From Vicinamibacteria bacterium (lineage in GTDB: Bacteria; Acidobacteriota; Vicinamibacteria; Marinacidobacterales; Marinacidobacteraceae): a DNA stretch of 64,000 bases. The DNA lies in the NCBI GenBank assembly GCA_965215615.1, contig OZ244068.1, positions 1,568,850 through 1,632,849 on the forward strand, given 5' to 3'. Position numbers and translations under genes: made by a program. Each line of letters starts with the position of its first letter. Within the stretch, counting starts at the first letter, position 1. This document shows positions 9,536-19,956 of the stretch, piece by piece. The notes under the pieces were generated by a model. It had not been told where the DNA came from and searched no databases. It worked only from the letters and a program-made list of their open reading frames with translations.

Positions 9536-10792
9536 TCAGTCGCGTCCGGAAAGCTCGATTCCCGCCTGCTCCAGTTCCCAGAGGATGGCATCGGCGAATT
9601 CGTTGAGACTGTTCAGCTTGCGACCATTGATGAAAATGCTGGGGGTGCCGGTGACCCCGAGCCGCGCGGCTTCGCCGATGTCCCGTTGCAACGCGGCCTC
9701 GGTTTCCGGCTCGGAAAGACAGGCCGCGAAGGCATCCCCATCGAGACCCGCTCCCTCGGCGATCCGGGTCACGTCACGTTCGGAGGGATTCGACGGCGGG
9801 GCGGCATAGACCGCATCGTGATACGCCCAGAAATTGTCGAGGCGGGTGGCGCAGATCGCACCACGGGACACGGTGCAGGCTCCGGGATGCACCGGCTGGC
9901 CGATCTGCGGCGCGCAGACATCGAGCGGGTAGTTCCGGTAGTAGAGCGAGACGTGAGGGCCGGTCGGCCCTTCCACGTACCGGTCGTAGGCCCGCGCGAA
10001 GTTCTGACAGGAAGGACAGAGGAAATCCGAAAAGGTGACGATCTTCACCGGAGCGTCGGCGGAGCCTTTCACCGGAGCTCCTTCGAGGGAGACTTCGACC
10101 GGCCGCTGCTGCCGGAACGTCGGGTTCCGCCACTGGGAAGAAGACGGCGGCAGGAGTCCGGCGTGACGGACCTCGAGATCGGGGCCGGCCGACGACGAAA
10201 CGCCGAGGATCGACAGATCGCCCATCGCCGCCCGCTCGCTCAGGCCGTCGTTCAGGACCAGAACCCCGACGATGATGAGGCCGGTGGTCAAACCCCAGGC
10301 CCGTACCAGAAAACGTTCCACATCGCTCTCCTCAGAGTTGGCGCGCCGGCGGGCGAACGGGAACAGCGAGAGGAATATCCCGAAGTTCGCCGCGTAGGTC
10401 CACAGGCACAGAGAACAAAAAGCCCCGATCGCGAACGCCTGGACTCCCAGAAGGAAAGCATCCACCGCGAGGGCCAGCATGACCACCCGGAAAGCCAGTC
10501 GGGCCGGAGCGGCGGTCAGGGAAACTCCGGCAAGCAATGAAAATCCGAGGAGCACCCCGAGCGAAACGAAGAAGGCGAGGCCGATCGCCGCCAGCGGAAC
10601 ACCCAGGATCGCCGACCAGGTGCTCGCCGCCACCGTGGCGCAGCCCATGCTCGATGGATCGCAGATCGCGGCACCGAGCGCGCTCTGGTCGAGCCCGTAG
10701 TGGCGATAGAGCAGGATTCCGGAGAGAACTCCGCCCCCTCCCGCGAAGAGCAACGCGAGAGCGAAGCGAAGAGGATCCAGGCCGGGCTTCAT
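9536..10792 (-). CDS. vitamin K epoxide reductase (VKOR) fused to a DsbA-like thioredoxin domain
   Basis: The N-terminal half has 5 TM segments with a loop Cys pair (CDPSSMGC) and CSLC (VKOR CxxC). The C-terminal half has FSDFLCPSC (thioredoxin CxxC) and GTPSIFINGRK (DsbA cis-Pro loop). Confidence 0.85.
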   Translation of the reverse strand: MKPGLDPLRFALALLFAGGGGVLSGILLYRHYGLDQSALGAAICDPSSMGCATVAASTWSAILGVPLAAIGLAFFVSLGVLLGFSLLAGVSLTAAPARLAFRVVMLALAVDAFLLGVQAFAIGAFCSLCLWTYAANFGIFLSLFPFARRRANSEESDVERFLVRAWGLTTGLIIVGVLVLNDGLSERAAMGDLSILGVSSSAGPDLEVRHAGLLPPSSSQWRNPTFRQQRPVEVSLEGAPVKGSADAPVKIVTFSDFLCPSCQNFARAYDRYVEGPTGPHVSLYYRNYPLDVCAPQIGQPVHPGACTVSRGAICATRLDNFWAYHDAVYAAPPSNPSERDVTRIAEGAGLDGDAFAACLSEPETEAALQRDIGEAARLGVTGTPSIFINGRKLNSLNEFADAILWELEQAGIELSGRD

Positions 10793-10821
10793 GGGTATCA
10801 GAAAAATCTGTCTGGGAAAAA

Positions 10822-11484
10822 TCAGTCTAACTGCCGTCCGTACCCGGAGGCGGATGGCGGGACCGGAATGCCGCGCTTCAGGTCGGGAGCGGGTTCAGGC
10901 GGGCCGAACACCGTCCGCACCGGGACGAGGCCCGCCCAGCAGGGGAGGAGATGGTCTTCCTCGTCGTCCACCGGCGGGCCCGTGCGACGCTTCGCGGTGG
11001 CCTCTTCGAGGGGCACCGAAACGACGAGCGTCGCCTTCAATTCGGTTGGATTCGGGGGCCGGGTCTCCCCGAGACGCCCCGGAACCAGCTTTTCGAGGAG
11101 CACGTCCAGCGCCCGCAACTTCGCCTCCGGCTCCTCCACCGGCTCCGCCTTTCCGAGAACCACCACCGAGCGGTAGTTCATCGAATGGTGGAAGGCCGAG
11201 CGGGCGAACACCAGCGCATCCAGCAGGGTCACGGTGACCGCAACTTCCGCCCCGTCCCGGAGCGTGTCGAGCAGCCGGCTCTTCGAGGATCCGTGGAGCA
11301 GGAGCCGCTCGCCGTCGCGGGCATACCCCATCGGGATGACGAAAGGAACGCCGTCCTCGACGATTCCGACGTGGGCCACCAACCCCTCGTCGAGAATCCG
11401 GTGGATGAGGGCGCGATCGTGGCTGCCGCGGGAAGGAATCCTCCGGACCCGGCTCCTCGCGGTCTCCCTGGTCGAACTCGTCAT
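10822..11484 (-). CDS. pyridoxamine 5'-phosphate oxidase-family flavin-binding protein
   Basis: Start at MTSSTRE inside ORF 10822..11529, which avoids overlap with the upstream gene. The pattern R..R....D...I..ILDEG.V.HVG.V.DG.PFVIPM.Y.RDG..L..HGS is typical of the PNPOx-like split-barrel family. Confidence 0.75.
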   Translation of the reverse strand: MTSSTRETARSRVRRIPSRGSHDRALIHRILDEGLVAHVGIVEDGVPFVIPMGYARDGERLLLHGSSKSRLLDTLRDGAEVAVTVTLLDALVFARSAFHHSMNYRSVVVLGKAEPVEEPEAKLRALDVLLEKLVPGRLGETRPPNPTELKATLVVSVPLEEATAKRRTGPPVDDEEDHLLPCWAGLVPVRTVFGPPEPAPDLKRGIPVPPSASGYGRQLD

Positions 11485-11512
11485 CGCTTCTTCCCCGCGG
11501 GCGCGGAAGGTA

Positions 11513-12655
11513 TCAGGAAGCCTCCGCATCGTTCTCGGAAAGCCGGAGCGCCAGCCGGCGCTTCAGGGCATCCATCGTGACGACTCCGATCAGGTTTCCC
11601 TCTTCGACGATCGCGACCGCCCGCCGCCCGGAGGAAAGAAGCGCGTAGGCCCGCAACGCAGCAGCACCCGGCGCGAGCGACTGTTCGAGGAGTCCCGGCT
11701 GCATGAGATCGGCGGCGGTTGCCGCGTCCCGCCGGTTTTCGGGGTGATTCCGGATGTTTTCGGGAGTCACCGAGCCGAGGAGACGATCCTCTTCCACCAC
11801 CGGGATTTCGGGAAAATCCTCCTGGTGCTGCTCGATCTCGTGGATGGACGCATTCCGCTGCACTGCGCGCACCCGGTAATCGAGCATGTGACCCGCCTGA
11901 AGGTCCGCGAGCGCTTCGCCCAGCCAGAGCTGGCGCGCCACCTCGCCGGAGGCCCGACGCAGATAGATCCCGACGAACAGGAACCAGATACCGACGAGGA
12001 ACTGCGGCTCGCCGGTGCCCCCGAGAAAGAACCCGAGCACCCCCAGGGTGATCAGGAGCAAGGACAGGGCGCGGCCGCTCGCGATCGCCGCCCGGCTGGC
12101 CGCTCCGGGTGCTTTCCAGATCTTCCACAGAGCGGCGCGGAGCAGCCTCCCTCCGTCGAGCGGGAGCGCCGGGAGGAGGTTGAAGGCCAGCAACAGGCCG
12201 TTCATCAACGCGAGGTGCTCCGCGACCAGCGCACCCGCCGGGGGCAACCAGCCGGAGGCCGGGAGCCCGAGCAGGACGAGCAGCAGGACGAAGGTCACCA
12301 CCGGGCCGGCCAGTGCGATCCGAAACTCGATGCCCGCCGCTTCCGGGCCGTCACCCAGCACCGTCCGCCCTCCCGCGAATTCGAGACTGATCCCCGAAAC
12401 CTCGCGCCCGTGGCGTTTCGCAGTGGCGGCGTGGGCGAGCTCGTGGGAAACCACCGAAACTCCGAACAGGGTCGTGGTGAGCAGGCCGAGACCGAACGCC
12501 CCCCAGACACCCACCTCGATTCCGCTGCGCGAGTAGATGACCGCGAGACAGGCCGAAAGCACCGCACCCAGAACCAGCCAGGAGAAGTGGATCCGGACCG
12601 GAACCCCGAACAGCCGGCCCACCCGGAACCGGCGGCCGCGATGGTTCCGGGTCAT
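11513..12655 (-). CDS. site-2 protease family (M50) metalloprotease with tandem CBS domains
   Basis: HELAH zinc motif in a TM helix, a NLLPALPLDGG second motif, 6 TM segments, and a C-terminal CBS pair (IPVVEEDRLLGSVT.., VAIVEEGNLIGVVT). Confidence 0.85.
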   Translation of the reverse strand: MTRNHRGRRFRVGRLFGVPVRIHFSWLVLGAVLSACLAVIYSRSGIEVGVWGAFGLGLLTTTLFGVSVVSHELAHAATAKRHGREVSGISLEFAGGRTVLGDGPEAAGIEFRIALAGPVVTFVLLLVLLGLPASGWLPPAGALVAEHLALMNGLLLAFNLLPALPLDGGRLLRAALWKIWKAPGAASRAAIASGRALSLLLITLGVLGFFLGGTGEPQFLVGIWFLFVGIYLRRASGEVARQLWLGEALADLQAGHMLDYRVRAVQRNASIHEIEQHQEDFPEIPVVEEDRLLGSVTPENIRNHPENRRDAATAADLMQPGLLEQSLAPGAAALRAYALLSSGRRAVAIVEEGNLIGVVTMDALKRRLALRLSENDAEAS

Positions 12656-13845
12656 GAGGCGGGCCGCGCATCCCGGCGCAGCAGCAGAAGCCGGTCGCCC
12701 GGGCCCAGACGCTCTTCGAGAAAGCCCCGGTTCAGCATGAGGAGCATCTCCCGCGATCCGTCGGTGGAGCCTTCCGGAAGTCTCTCGAGGAATTCCCGCA
12801 CGGTGTGCTCTTCGGCCGCAGGAGGGGCTTCGGCGCGGACCCGCAGCATTCCCGGAAGTGATACGTCATCGAGCCCGCCGAGCGACTCCAGAACATCCGT
12901 CATCTCCCGTTCGCATGCAGGAAAGGATTCTCCGCAATCCCCCTGGATCGAAACGAGCCCGGAAGATGTCACAACCAGCGCAACGAGTGCAGTCACCCCA
13001 CCATCTTCTTCGAGAAGCCGCCCCTTCACGCCCAGATGATTCCGGACCCGCACCGCTTCCCCCATCGAGAAACGACCGGAGCTTCCCTGCTCGAGGAGGC
13101 CCGCCAGCCGGGCCAGCAGCTCCTGCTCCGCCGCGAGCGAGTCTGCTTGCGTTTCCGGAAGATCGTCCTCCACATCCAGGCAATCATGTTCTCCGGCATG
13201 ATCTCCGGTCACCACCCGTTCTCCATGAAACCGGAAGAAGACCCGGAAAAGACGGCCGGAAGTTGTTGCCGCCCCGATACAGTGGCCGACATGAGAACGG
13301 AAGTGGAATCCCTCCGGAAGCCGAAGGCGAAGCCCCGCGTCCGGCAGGAAGATCTCGCCGTCCCGCTCGGCACCGGACGAGGCCGGCTCGCCGAACCGAA
13401 GGCCATCCAGCAGCTCCACCCACTCCTCGCGACCGGATTCTCCCGTCGCATCGGCGGCAGAAGGATCGAGAGCCACCGGCTGCGGAAGGAGCGCCCGCGT
13501 CCCCTGATCCCGGAAACCACTCCGGAAGACCGCTTCCGCCTCCTGAAAGAGCCTTCGGAGCGATTCCGGACCACCGAGAGCAAAGAGCGCACCCCGCGAG
13601 AGATGGAGAGTCCGGTCGGCGAAAACGAACGCCTCGGAGGCGGCGCGGCCGGTGACCACGACCCGCCAATTCGCCTCATCGAACCCGGCCACCCGCTCTC
13701 CGAGTCCGGGTTCGGTCGAAAGTCCGCTCTCCACCGCAGCCCGAACCCGGAGCGCTTCGGCGACCGCCGCCGCATCCGGAGCGGAAGGAAGCGACGCGGC
13801 GCAGCCGGCGAGCCCGGAAAGCGCTATGCCCAGCAGGGCGACCAA
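12652..13845 (-). CDS. lipoprotein, function unknown
   Basis: 397-aa ORF with the lipobox LSGLAGC near the N-terminus. High GC3 frame. The stop region overlaps the M50 start (ATGA). Confidence 0.55.
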   Translation of the reverse strand: MVALLGIALSGLAGCAASLPSAPDAAAVAEALRVRAAVESGLSTEPGLGERVAGFDEANWRVVVTGRAASEAFVFADRTLHLSRGALFALGGPESLRRLFQEAEAVFRSGFRDQGTRALLPQPVALDPSAADATGESGREEWVELLDGLRFGEPASSGAERDGEIFLPDAGLRLRLPEGFHFRSHVGHCIGAATTSGRLFRVFFRFHGERVVTGDHAGEHDCLDVEDDLPETQADSLAAEQELLARLAGLLEQGSSGRFSMGEAVRVRNHLGVKGRLLEEDGGVTALVALVVTSSGLVSIQGDCGESFPACEREMTDVLESLGGLDDVSLPGMLRVRAEAPPAAEEHTVREFLERLPEGSTDGSREMLLMLNRGFLEERLGPGDRLLLLRRDARPAS

Positions 13846-13873
13846 AACGGTGCCGCGCGGGGGCAGCCCCCCG

Positions 13874-14131
13874 TCAGGCGTAGAAATTCGTGTTGATTTC
13901 CCGGTAGTTCGCCCACTTCTCCGGCAGATCCTCGTCCGGAAAGATGGCGGTCACCGGGCAGGCGGGCTCACACGCCCCGCAGTCAATGCAGGTGTCGGGA
14001 TCGATGTACAGCTGCTCTGCCTCTTCGAAGCCGTCTTCGTCGCTGGTGGGGTGGATGCAATCCACCGGGCACACATCCACGCAGGCGGTGTCCTTCGTGC
14101 CGATGCAGGGTTCAGCAATCCAGAATGACAT
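13874..14131 (-). CDS. fdxA: ferredoxin (FdxA-like, two Fe-S cluster motifs)
   Basis: 85 aa with CIGTKDTACVDVCPVDCIHP and CIDCGACEPACPV cluster motifs. Confidence 0.9.
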   Translation of the reverse strand: MSFWIAEPCIGTKDTACVDVCPVDCIHPTSDEDGFEEAEQLYIDPDTCIDCGACEPACPVTAIFPDEDLPEKWANYREINTNFYA

Positions 14132-14176
14132 CGATTTGTCTCCTTGAAAAAGCGGGAATCGGGGATGCGCGTCGGC

Positions 14177-15667
14177 TCATCCCATGGCGAGAATGTTCCG
14201 GGAGTACTCGGTGATCCCGTCCAGAGACCCCCACAGCACAAGTCCTACGATGTTAGGAACTACCAGAAGGAAAAGCAAGGCGGCATCCAGCCCGCTCAGG
14301 CCGAAAGCCGGGGCCGGAGCCTCGGGTTCGTCCACCACCATCACCCGCAGGACCCGGATGTAGTAGAAGGCCGCCACCGCGCTGTTGAGCACGCCCACGA
14401 CCGCGACCCAGACGAGGCCGGCATCGATCACTGCGGCGAACACGTAGTACTTGGCGAGGAATCCGGCGAACGGGGGAATCCCCATCAGCGAGAACATCAG
14501 GACCCCCATCGCGACGGTGAGCAGCGGCGAACGCCTCCAGAAGCCGCGGTAGGCATCGAGTTCGAAGCTCCCGGTGACCCGGTGGACCAGGATGACCACG
14601 AGAAACGCCCCGAGGTTCATGAACAGGTAGATCACCAGATACATGACGATGGCCTGGATGCCCTCGCGTGAGAACACCGCCGCCGCCATCAGGATCGTTC
14701 CGGCGTGGGCGATCGAGGAATAGGCCAGCAGTCGCTTCAGGTTCGTCTGGCGGAGCGCCGCCACGTTCCCGAGGGTCATGGTGATGACCGACAGGCCGAT
14801 GAGCAGCCCCTCGGCGTTCACCCCGCCCACCACCGCGAACATCCCGTCTCCCTCCGGAGCAGCCATCGCCGTGTGGAAGATGCGGATCAGGACCGCGAAA
14901 CCGGCCGCTTTCGGCCCCACCGAGAGGAACGCGGTCACCGGAGTCGGCGCCCCGGTATAGACATCCGGGCACCAGAAATGGAAGGGCGCGGCGGCGATCT
15001 TGAAGCCGACGCCGGCGGTGATGAGCAGGAGGACCAGGGAGACGGCACCGCTGTTCGTACCCTGGGCGAGCGCCTGCTGGACACCGTAGATGTCGAGGGT
15101 TCCGGTGAGTCCGAAGAGGAGCGAAAGCCCGAAGAGCATCACCCCGGTCGAAACCGCGCCGAAGAGGATGTACTTCAGCGAAGCCTCGTTGGAAAGCCGG
15201 TCGTGGCTCAGGTAGCCGACCATGATGTAGGAGGTGATCGAAACCGTCTCGAGAGACAGGTAGATCATCACGAGGTTCACCGCCCCCGCCATCCACATGA
15301 GCGCCACCGTGAGGGTCACGAGCAGCGCGACCATCTCCCCCATCCGAACGCCTTCGAGCTCCCGGTTCCGGAGCGAGAAGAGCAGCACGAAGATCGCGGT
15401 GAGCACGAAGAGAGGCCGCAGCACCCCGAGCAGGCCGTCGTCCGCCACCATCGAGGCGAAAAGCGCGTTCCCGCTCCCTTCCATCCCGCCGAGCGAAGCG
15501 ACGAGCGAAGCGAGAAGACCTGCCAGGGTGATCCCGACCAGCAGGTTCCGGCTCTGCCGGACGCTCCGGCGCTGGGTCATCAGGTCGGCCACGATCACGA
15601 CCGCGAGCGTCCCCACCAGGATCAGCTCCGGGAGGAAATGGCGAAGGCTTTCGAGGGCGTTCGACAT
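14177..15667 (-). CDS. nuoN: NADH-quinone oxidoreductase subunit N
   Basis: 496-aa polytopic membrane protein with LSLETVSITSYIMVGY, EASLKYILFGAVSTGVMLFG and AAPFHFWCPDVYTGAPTPVTAF, the NuoN/ND2 antiporter-like signature. Confidence 0.9.
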   Translation of the reverse strand: MSNALESLRHFLPELILVGTLAVVIVADLMTQRRSVRQSRNLLVGITLAGLLASLVASLGGMEGSGNALFASMVADDGLLGVLRPLFVLTAIFVLLFSLRNRELEGVRMGEMVALLVTLTVALMWMAGAVNLVMIYLSLETVSITSYIMVGYLSHDRLSNEASLKYILFGAVSTGVMLFGLSLLFGLTGTLDIYGVQQALAQGTNSGAVSLVLLLITAGVGFKIAAAPFHFWCPDVYTGAPTPVTAFLSVGPKAAGFAVLIRIFHTAMAAPEGDGMFAVVGGVNAEGLLIGLSVITMTLGNVAALRQTNLKRLLAYSSIAHAGTILMAAAVFSREGIQAIVMYLVIYLFMNLGAFLVVILVHRVTGSFELDAYRGFWRRSPLLTVAMGVLMFSLMGIPPFAGFLAKYYVFAAVIDAGLVWVAVVGVLNSAVAAFYYIRVLRVMVVDEPEAPAPAFGLSGLDAALLFLLVVPNIVGLVLWGSLDGITEYSRNILAMG

Positions 15668-15669
15668 GG

Positions 15670-15975
15670 CTACCCTCTCAGATCCGAGGCTTCGTCCAGG
15701 TTCACGTTCTTGCGGACCCGGTAGAGCGACATCACGATCGCGAGGGCGACCGCCGCCTCGCAGGCCGCGATCACGATCACCAGCAGGGCGAAGACCTGTC
15801 CGCCGAGCGCCCCTTCGACGAACCGGGAGAAGGCCACCAGGTTCAGGTTCGCCGCGTTGAAGATCAACTCGATGGACATCAGGACGTTGACCGCGTTCCG
15901 ACGGGTCAGAACCCCGAACACCCCGATCGCGAAGAGCGCCGAGCTGATGTAGAGGTAGTGCTCCAGCGGAATCAT
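15670..15975 (-). CDS. nuoK: NADH-quinone oxidoreductase subunit K
   Basis: 101 aa, 3 TM segments, MSIELIFNAANLN and AACEAAVALAIV motifs (ND4L-like). Confidence 0.9.
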   Translation of the reverse strand: MIPLEHYLYISSALFAIGVFGVLTRRNAVNVLMSIELIFNAANLNLVAFSRFVEGALGGQVFALLVIVIAACEAAVALAIVMSLYRVRKNVNLDEASDLRG

Positions 15976-16481
15976 CGGTCGGATCTCCGCCGCCGTACCA
16001 GCATCGCCGCGCCCATCAGCGCCACCAGCAGCAGCACCGAGGCGACCTCGAAAGCCAGCAGGTAGTCGCCCATCAGCAGGTTGCCGATGCCGCTGCTCGT
16101 CGGGCCGGGCATCCCGACATCCATGGCGTTCCAGTCCACCGAACGGATGATGCCGACGAGGAGCGCGAACACGAGCCCGGCGGCGAGCGCTCCGGGAACC
16201 ACCTGAACCGTTCCGGTCCGGAGATTCATGTCGTAAATCCGGTTGGTGAGCATCACTCCGAACAGGAGCAGGGTCAGGATGCCGCCGACATAGACGAGGA
16301 TCTGTGCGCCGGCGAGAAAGTCGGCTCCGAGGAAGACATAGAAAACGGCCACTCCGCTGAGGGAGCCGACGAGCGCGAAGGCCGCATGCACGAGGTTCGT
16401 TCCGAGCACGACGTAGAGCGATGCCCCGAGCACCAGAAGCGCGACCCCGTAGAAGATCGCCTGGGCCGCCATGCTTTCCAT
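15972..16481 (-). CDS. nuoJ: NADH-quinone oxidoreductase subunit J
   Basis: 169 aa, 5 TM segments, LGADFLAGAQILVYVGGILTLLLFGVML (ND6-like). 4-nt overlap with nuoK. Confidence 0.88.
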   Translation of the reverse strand: MESMAAQAIFYGVALLVLGASLYVVLGTNLVHAAFALVGSLSGVAVFYVFLGADFLAGAQILVYVGGILTLLLFGVMLTNRIYDMNLRTGTVQVVPGALAAGLVFALLVGIIRSVDWNAMDVGMPGPTSSGIGNLLMGDYLLAFEVASVLLLVALMGAAMLVRRRRSDR

Positions 16482-16500
16482 CGGAGCGTTCTCTGGCGGG

Positions 16501-17022
16501 TCAGGCGGTCGTTTCCGCTTCCGGCTTCGAGGCGACGCGCGGCTCTTTTGCGAACCGGTAGAGCAGGTCTCCCTTGGCCTGGCCTCCGAACTCGTATTGG
16601 GGAGTCATCACGATGCACTCGGTGGGGCACGGGAAGACGCAGAGCTGGCAATAACAGCAAAGCGACATGTCGATGTCGAACTGCACCACCGTCTGCTTGA
16701 TGGCCATACCGTCCGCCGCGAAAATCGGCGGAGCGTCGCGCTCGCGCTTTTCGTTTTCGATGTGGATGCAGTCCACCGGGCAAGCCCGCTCGCACTGCTT
16801 GCAGCCGATGCAGTCCTCGATCTTGACGTGGAGCCGCATCCGCGACCGGTCCATCAGATCCTGCTTCGGCAGGTTCATGGGGGTACGCCAGCGTTCTTCG
16901 GGAAGCTCGTCGCCGGTGTACTGCTGGGTCACCGACCGGGTGAACACATGGCGGGCGGTCACCCCCATGCCGACGACGACCGTACTGACCGTCTCCCAGA
17001 TGTCCTGGAAATAACGCTGCAC
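16501..17022 (-). CDS. nuoI: NADH-quinone oxidoreductase subunit I (2x[4Fe-4S])
   Basis: 173 aa with [16 protein letters not shown] and [16 protein letters not shown] motifs. Confidence 0.92.
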   Translation of the reverse strand: MQRYFQDIWETVSTVVVGMGVTARHVFTRSVTQQYTGDELPEERWRTPMNLPKQDLMDRSRMRLHVKIEDCIGCKQCERACPVDCIHIENEKRERDAPPIFAADGMAIKQTVVQFDIDMSLCCYCQLCVFPCPTECIVMTPQYEFGGQAKGDLLYRFAKEPRVASKPEAETTA

Positions 17023-17037
17023 CAGACGAAGCCTCTC

Positions 17038-18162
17038 TCAGGAAAGTCCCCTGATCAGCGTGACCGCGATCAGCAGGAAGAAGGAAATGGGGATGATGTA
17101 CTTCCAGCAGACTCCCATGAGCTGGTCCACCCGAAGACGCGGCAACGTCCAGCGGAGCCACATCTGGACGACGACCAGCGAAAAGGCTTTCAGGAAGAAC
17201 AGCAGCGGGTTCGCTCCGAACGGCCCCACCCAGCCGCCGAGGAACAGGAGCGCGGCCACCATCGAGACCAGCAGCATGTTCCCGTATTCGGCCAGGAAGA
17301 AGAACGCGAACCGCATCCCGGTGTACTCGGTGTGGAAACCGGCGACCAGCTCGGATTCCGCTTCCGGAATGTCGAACGGGGTGCGGTTCGTCTCGGCGAG
17401 GCCGCAGATGAAGAACAGCACGAACGCGATCAGGTTCAGCGGGAAGAGCTGGAAGATCAGCCAGTTGCCGACCCCGAGGAACCCGCCCGACTGGAAGGCG
17501 ACGAAGTCCGGCAGGCTCAGGCTGCCCACCTGCGCGACCGCTACCAGCGCGAGGATCGCGGTCGGGATTTCGTAGCTGACCATCTGGGCGGCGGCCCGCA
17601 TCCCGCCGTAGAGCGCGTACTTGTTGTTCGATCCCCAGCCGGCCATCAGCACCGAAAGGGCACCGAGCGACGTGATGGCGATGAAGTAGAGGACGCCGAT
17701 GTTCAGGTTCGAGACCGCGAGGGTCGCGCCGTCCGCCGAAACACCCCAGGGGATGACCACGAAGGCGGCGAAGGCGCTCGCTACCGCCACCATCGGCGCC
17801 GCCCGGAAGAGCACCGCGTCGGCATCGCGGGGGACGATGTCCTCCTTGAAGAGGAGCTTCACACCGTCGGCGAAACTCTGGAGAAGTCCGTGCCAGCCCA
17901 CCCGCATCGGCCCGAGACGATCCTGGATGTGGGCCGCCACCTTGCGCTCCAGCCAGATGGAGTAGATCGGGTTCAGCGCGATGATCGCGATGACTCCGGT
18001 GACCCCGAGCAGCACCACCGTCAGTTGCTGCAAGCCGACCGGCACGAAGTCGGCGATCAGCTCGGAGAGCACCGGCGCGATCACCGGAAGCGAAGCGATG
18101 GTCCCGAGCACCGCAAGGGCCATCACGATGGGGAGCGCGGTCAGCGGCCCCATGAGCCGCAT
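17038..18162 (-). CDS. nuoH: NADH-quinone oxidoreductase subunit H
   Basis: C-terminal 374 codons of ORF 17038..18879, starting MRLMGPL. ERKVAAHIQDRLGPMRVGWHGLLQSFADGVKLLFKED and PFDIPEAESELVAGFHTEYTGMRFAFFFLAEY are ND1 hallmarks. An alternative GTG at 18189 would overlap the nuoD stop (GTGA). Confidence 0.9.
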   Translation of the reverse strand: MRLMGPLTALPIVMALAVLGTIASLPVIAPVLSELIADFVPVGLQQLTVVLLGVTGVIAIIALNPIYSIWLERKVAAHIQDRLGPMRVGWHGLLQSFADGVKLLFKEDIVPRDADAVLFRAAPMVAVASAFAAFVVIPWGVSADGATLAVSNLNIGVLYFIAITSLGALSVLMAGWGSNNKYALYGGMRAAAQMVSYEIPTAILALVAVAQVGSLSLPDFVAFQSGGFLGVGNWLIFQLFPLNLIAFVLFFICGLAETNRTPFDIPEAESELVAGFHTEYTGMRFAFFFLAEYGNMLLVSMVAALLFLGGWVGPFGANPLLFFLKAFSLVVVQMWLRWTLPRLRVDQLMGVCWKYIIPISFFLLIAVTLIRGLS

Positions 18163-18185
18163 CTCGACCTGACGGAACCGGGTGA

Positions 18186-19403
18186 TCACCGGTCGATCTC
18201 CCCGAGCACGATGTCGAGACTGCCGATGACCGCGATGATGTCGGCGATCATCTCGCCCCGGGTGATCTCGTGGAAGAGCCCCATGGCGACGAAGCAGGGA
18301 GAGCGGCCCTTGACCCGGTACGGAATCGGCTTCTTGTTGTCGGCGATCACGTAGAACGCGAGCTCGCCGCGCGGGGCCTCGGTCCGCAGGTACGCCTCGC
18401 CGGCGGGCGGCCGGATCGTCCGGGGCACCGCCTCGTGGACATCGCCCTCGGCGGGCAACCGCTCGAGCGCCTGGCGGGCGATCTTCACGCTCTCGTACAT
18501 TTCCCGGACCCGCACCCAGTACCGGTCCCAGCAGGAGCCGATCGGCCCGTGCTCGCCTTTCGCCACGATCACGTTGAAGTCGTAGTTCTCGTACCCGAGA
18601 TAGGGGTCGTCGCGCCGCAGATCCCAGGAGATCCCGGAACCGCGCAGGTTCGGGCCGGAGAGCGCGTAGTCGCGGGCCATCTCCGGGGTGATGACCCCCA
18701 CGTCGGCGGTGCGGCGGATGAAGATCTTGTTGCCGGTGAGCAGCCGGTCGATCTCGTCGAGAACCGGGACGAACTCGTCGAGGAACTGACCCGCCTTGGC
18801 GACCCACCCCTCGGGCAGATCGTGCGAAACCCCGCCCACCCAGTTGAAGTTGTAGAGAAGCCGCGCCCCGCAAAGCCACTCGAACAGATCGAGGACCCGC
18901 TCGCGCTGCTGGAACGCCAGCAGAAACGGCGTGAACGCCCCGATATCCATCCCGTAGGTGCCCATCGCCAGCAGGTGACTCGCGATCCGCTGGAGTTCCG
19001 AGGTGATGACCCGGATTCCGGCCACCCGTTCCGAAACCTCGATCTCGAGCAGCTTCTCCACCGTCATGGCGTAGGTGAGGCTGTTCGCCATCGAACCCAC
19101 GTAGTCCATCCGGTCGGTGAACGGAATGACCCCCTGGTAGTCGATGTTCTCGGCGTGCTTCTCGAAGTTCCGGTGGAGGTAGCCGATGTGGGGGCGGGCA
19201 TCCTTGACGATTTCGCCGTCGGTCTTGAGTTCCACCCGGAGCACCCCGTGGGTCGAGGGGTGCTGCGGCCCCATGTTGAGGATCATCTCGTCCTCTTCGA
19301 GATCTTCGGGCGAGAAGGCGTAGGAGTTGTCCGGTGGCAGATCCTCGTCGTAGAGAGTGACGAGCGGCCCGCCATCGAGCCCACGCACCGGCAGTCCGCC
19401 CAT
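18186..19403 (-). CDS. nuoD: NADH-quinone oxidoreductase subunit D
   Basis: 405 aa with MILNMGPQHPSTHGVLR and HRNFEKH motifs and a C-terminal IIAVIGSLDIVLGEIDR (49-kDa subunit signature). Confidence 0.93.
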   Translation of the reverse strand: MGGLPVRGLDGGPLVTLYDEDLPPDNSYAFSPEDLEEDEMILNMGPQHPSTHGVLRVELKTDGEIVKDARPHIGYLHRNFEKHAENIDYQGVIPFTDRMDYVGSMANSLTYAMTVEKLLEIEVSERVAGIRVITSELQRIASHLLAMGTYGMDIGAFTPFLLAFQQRERVLDLFEWLCGARLLYNFNWVGGVSHDLPEGWVAKAGQFLDEFVPVLDEIDRLLTGNKIFIRRTADVGVITPEMARDYALSGPNLRGSGISWDLRRDDPYLGYENYDFNVIVAKGEHGPIGSCWDRYWVRVREMYESVKIARQALERLPAEGDVHEAVPRTIRPPAGEAYLRTEAPRGELAFYVIADNKKPIPYRVKGRSPCFVAMGLFHEITRGEMIADIIAVIGSLDIVLGEIDR

Positions 19404-19404
19404 G

Positions 19405-19956
19405 TCAGTCGAACGGCCCCACTCCGGTCATGTCGCCGCCCTCGGCGCGATCGGTCATCTGCCGGCCGGGCTTCACCGGAATCTTGTGCCAGGTCTCCGG
19501 CCACTCCCAGTCGCGGAGCAGCGGATGGCCCTCCCAGTCGGCGGGGAGGAGGATGCGACGGTGGTCGCTGTGGCCCCGGAAGCGCACGCCGAAAAGATCC
19601 CAGGTCTCCCGTTCGTGCCAGTTGGCGGTCTTCCAGAGGTTCTCGAGGGTGGGGAGCTCGCCGCCTTCGCGCGGAACCCGGACCTTCAGCACGATCCAGT
19701 GCTTCTTCGGGAGCGAGAACAGGTGATAGACCACCTCGATCGCCGGCGGGTCGTCCCCGTCGTAATCCACCCCCGAAACGCAGTGGAGGGTGTCGAAGTC
19801 GAGCTCGGGGTCCGACTTGAGGAACCCGGCCACCGATTCGAGGCTCTCCGGAGCGATCCGGATCCAGGGATCCTTCGCCTCGCCGTCCGCGACGGTCTCT
19901 TCCTCGCCCACCCCGAGATGGTCCCGGATGCGGGCGAGGATTTCGGCTCCGGTCAC
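19405..19956 (-). CDS. nuoC: NADH-quinone oxidoreductase subunit C
   Basis: The GTG at 19956..19954 overlaps the nuoB stop (GTGA). [22 protein letters not shown] is the 30-kDa subunit motif. The upstream part of ORF 19405..20175 is antisense-like. Confidence 0.85.
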   Translation of the reverse strand: MTGAEILARIRDHLGVGEEETVADGEAKDPWIRIAPESLESVAGFLKSDPELDFDTLHCVSGVDYDGDDPPAIEVVYHLFSLPKKHWIVLKVRVPREGGELPTLENLWKTANWHERETWDLFGVRFRGHSDHRRILLPADWEGHPLLRDWEWPETWHKIPVKPGRQMTDRAEGGDMTGVGPFD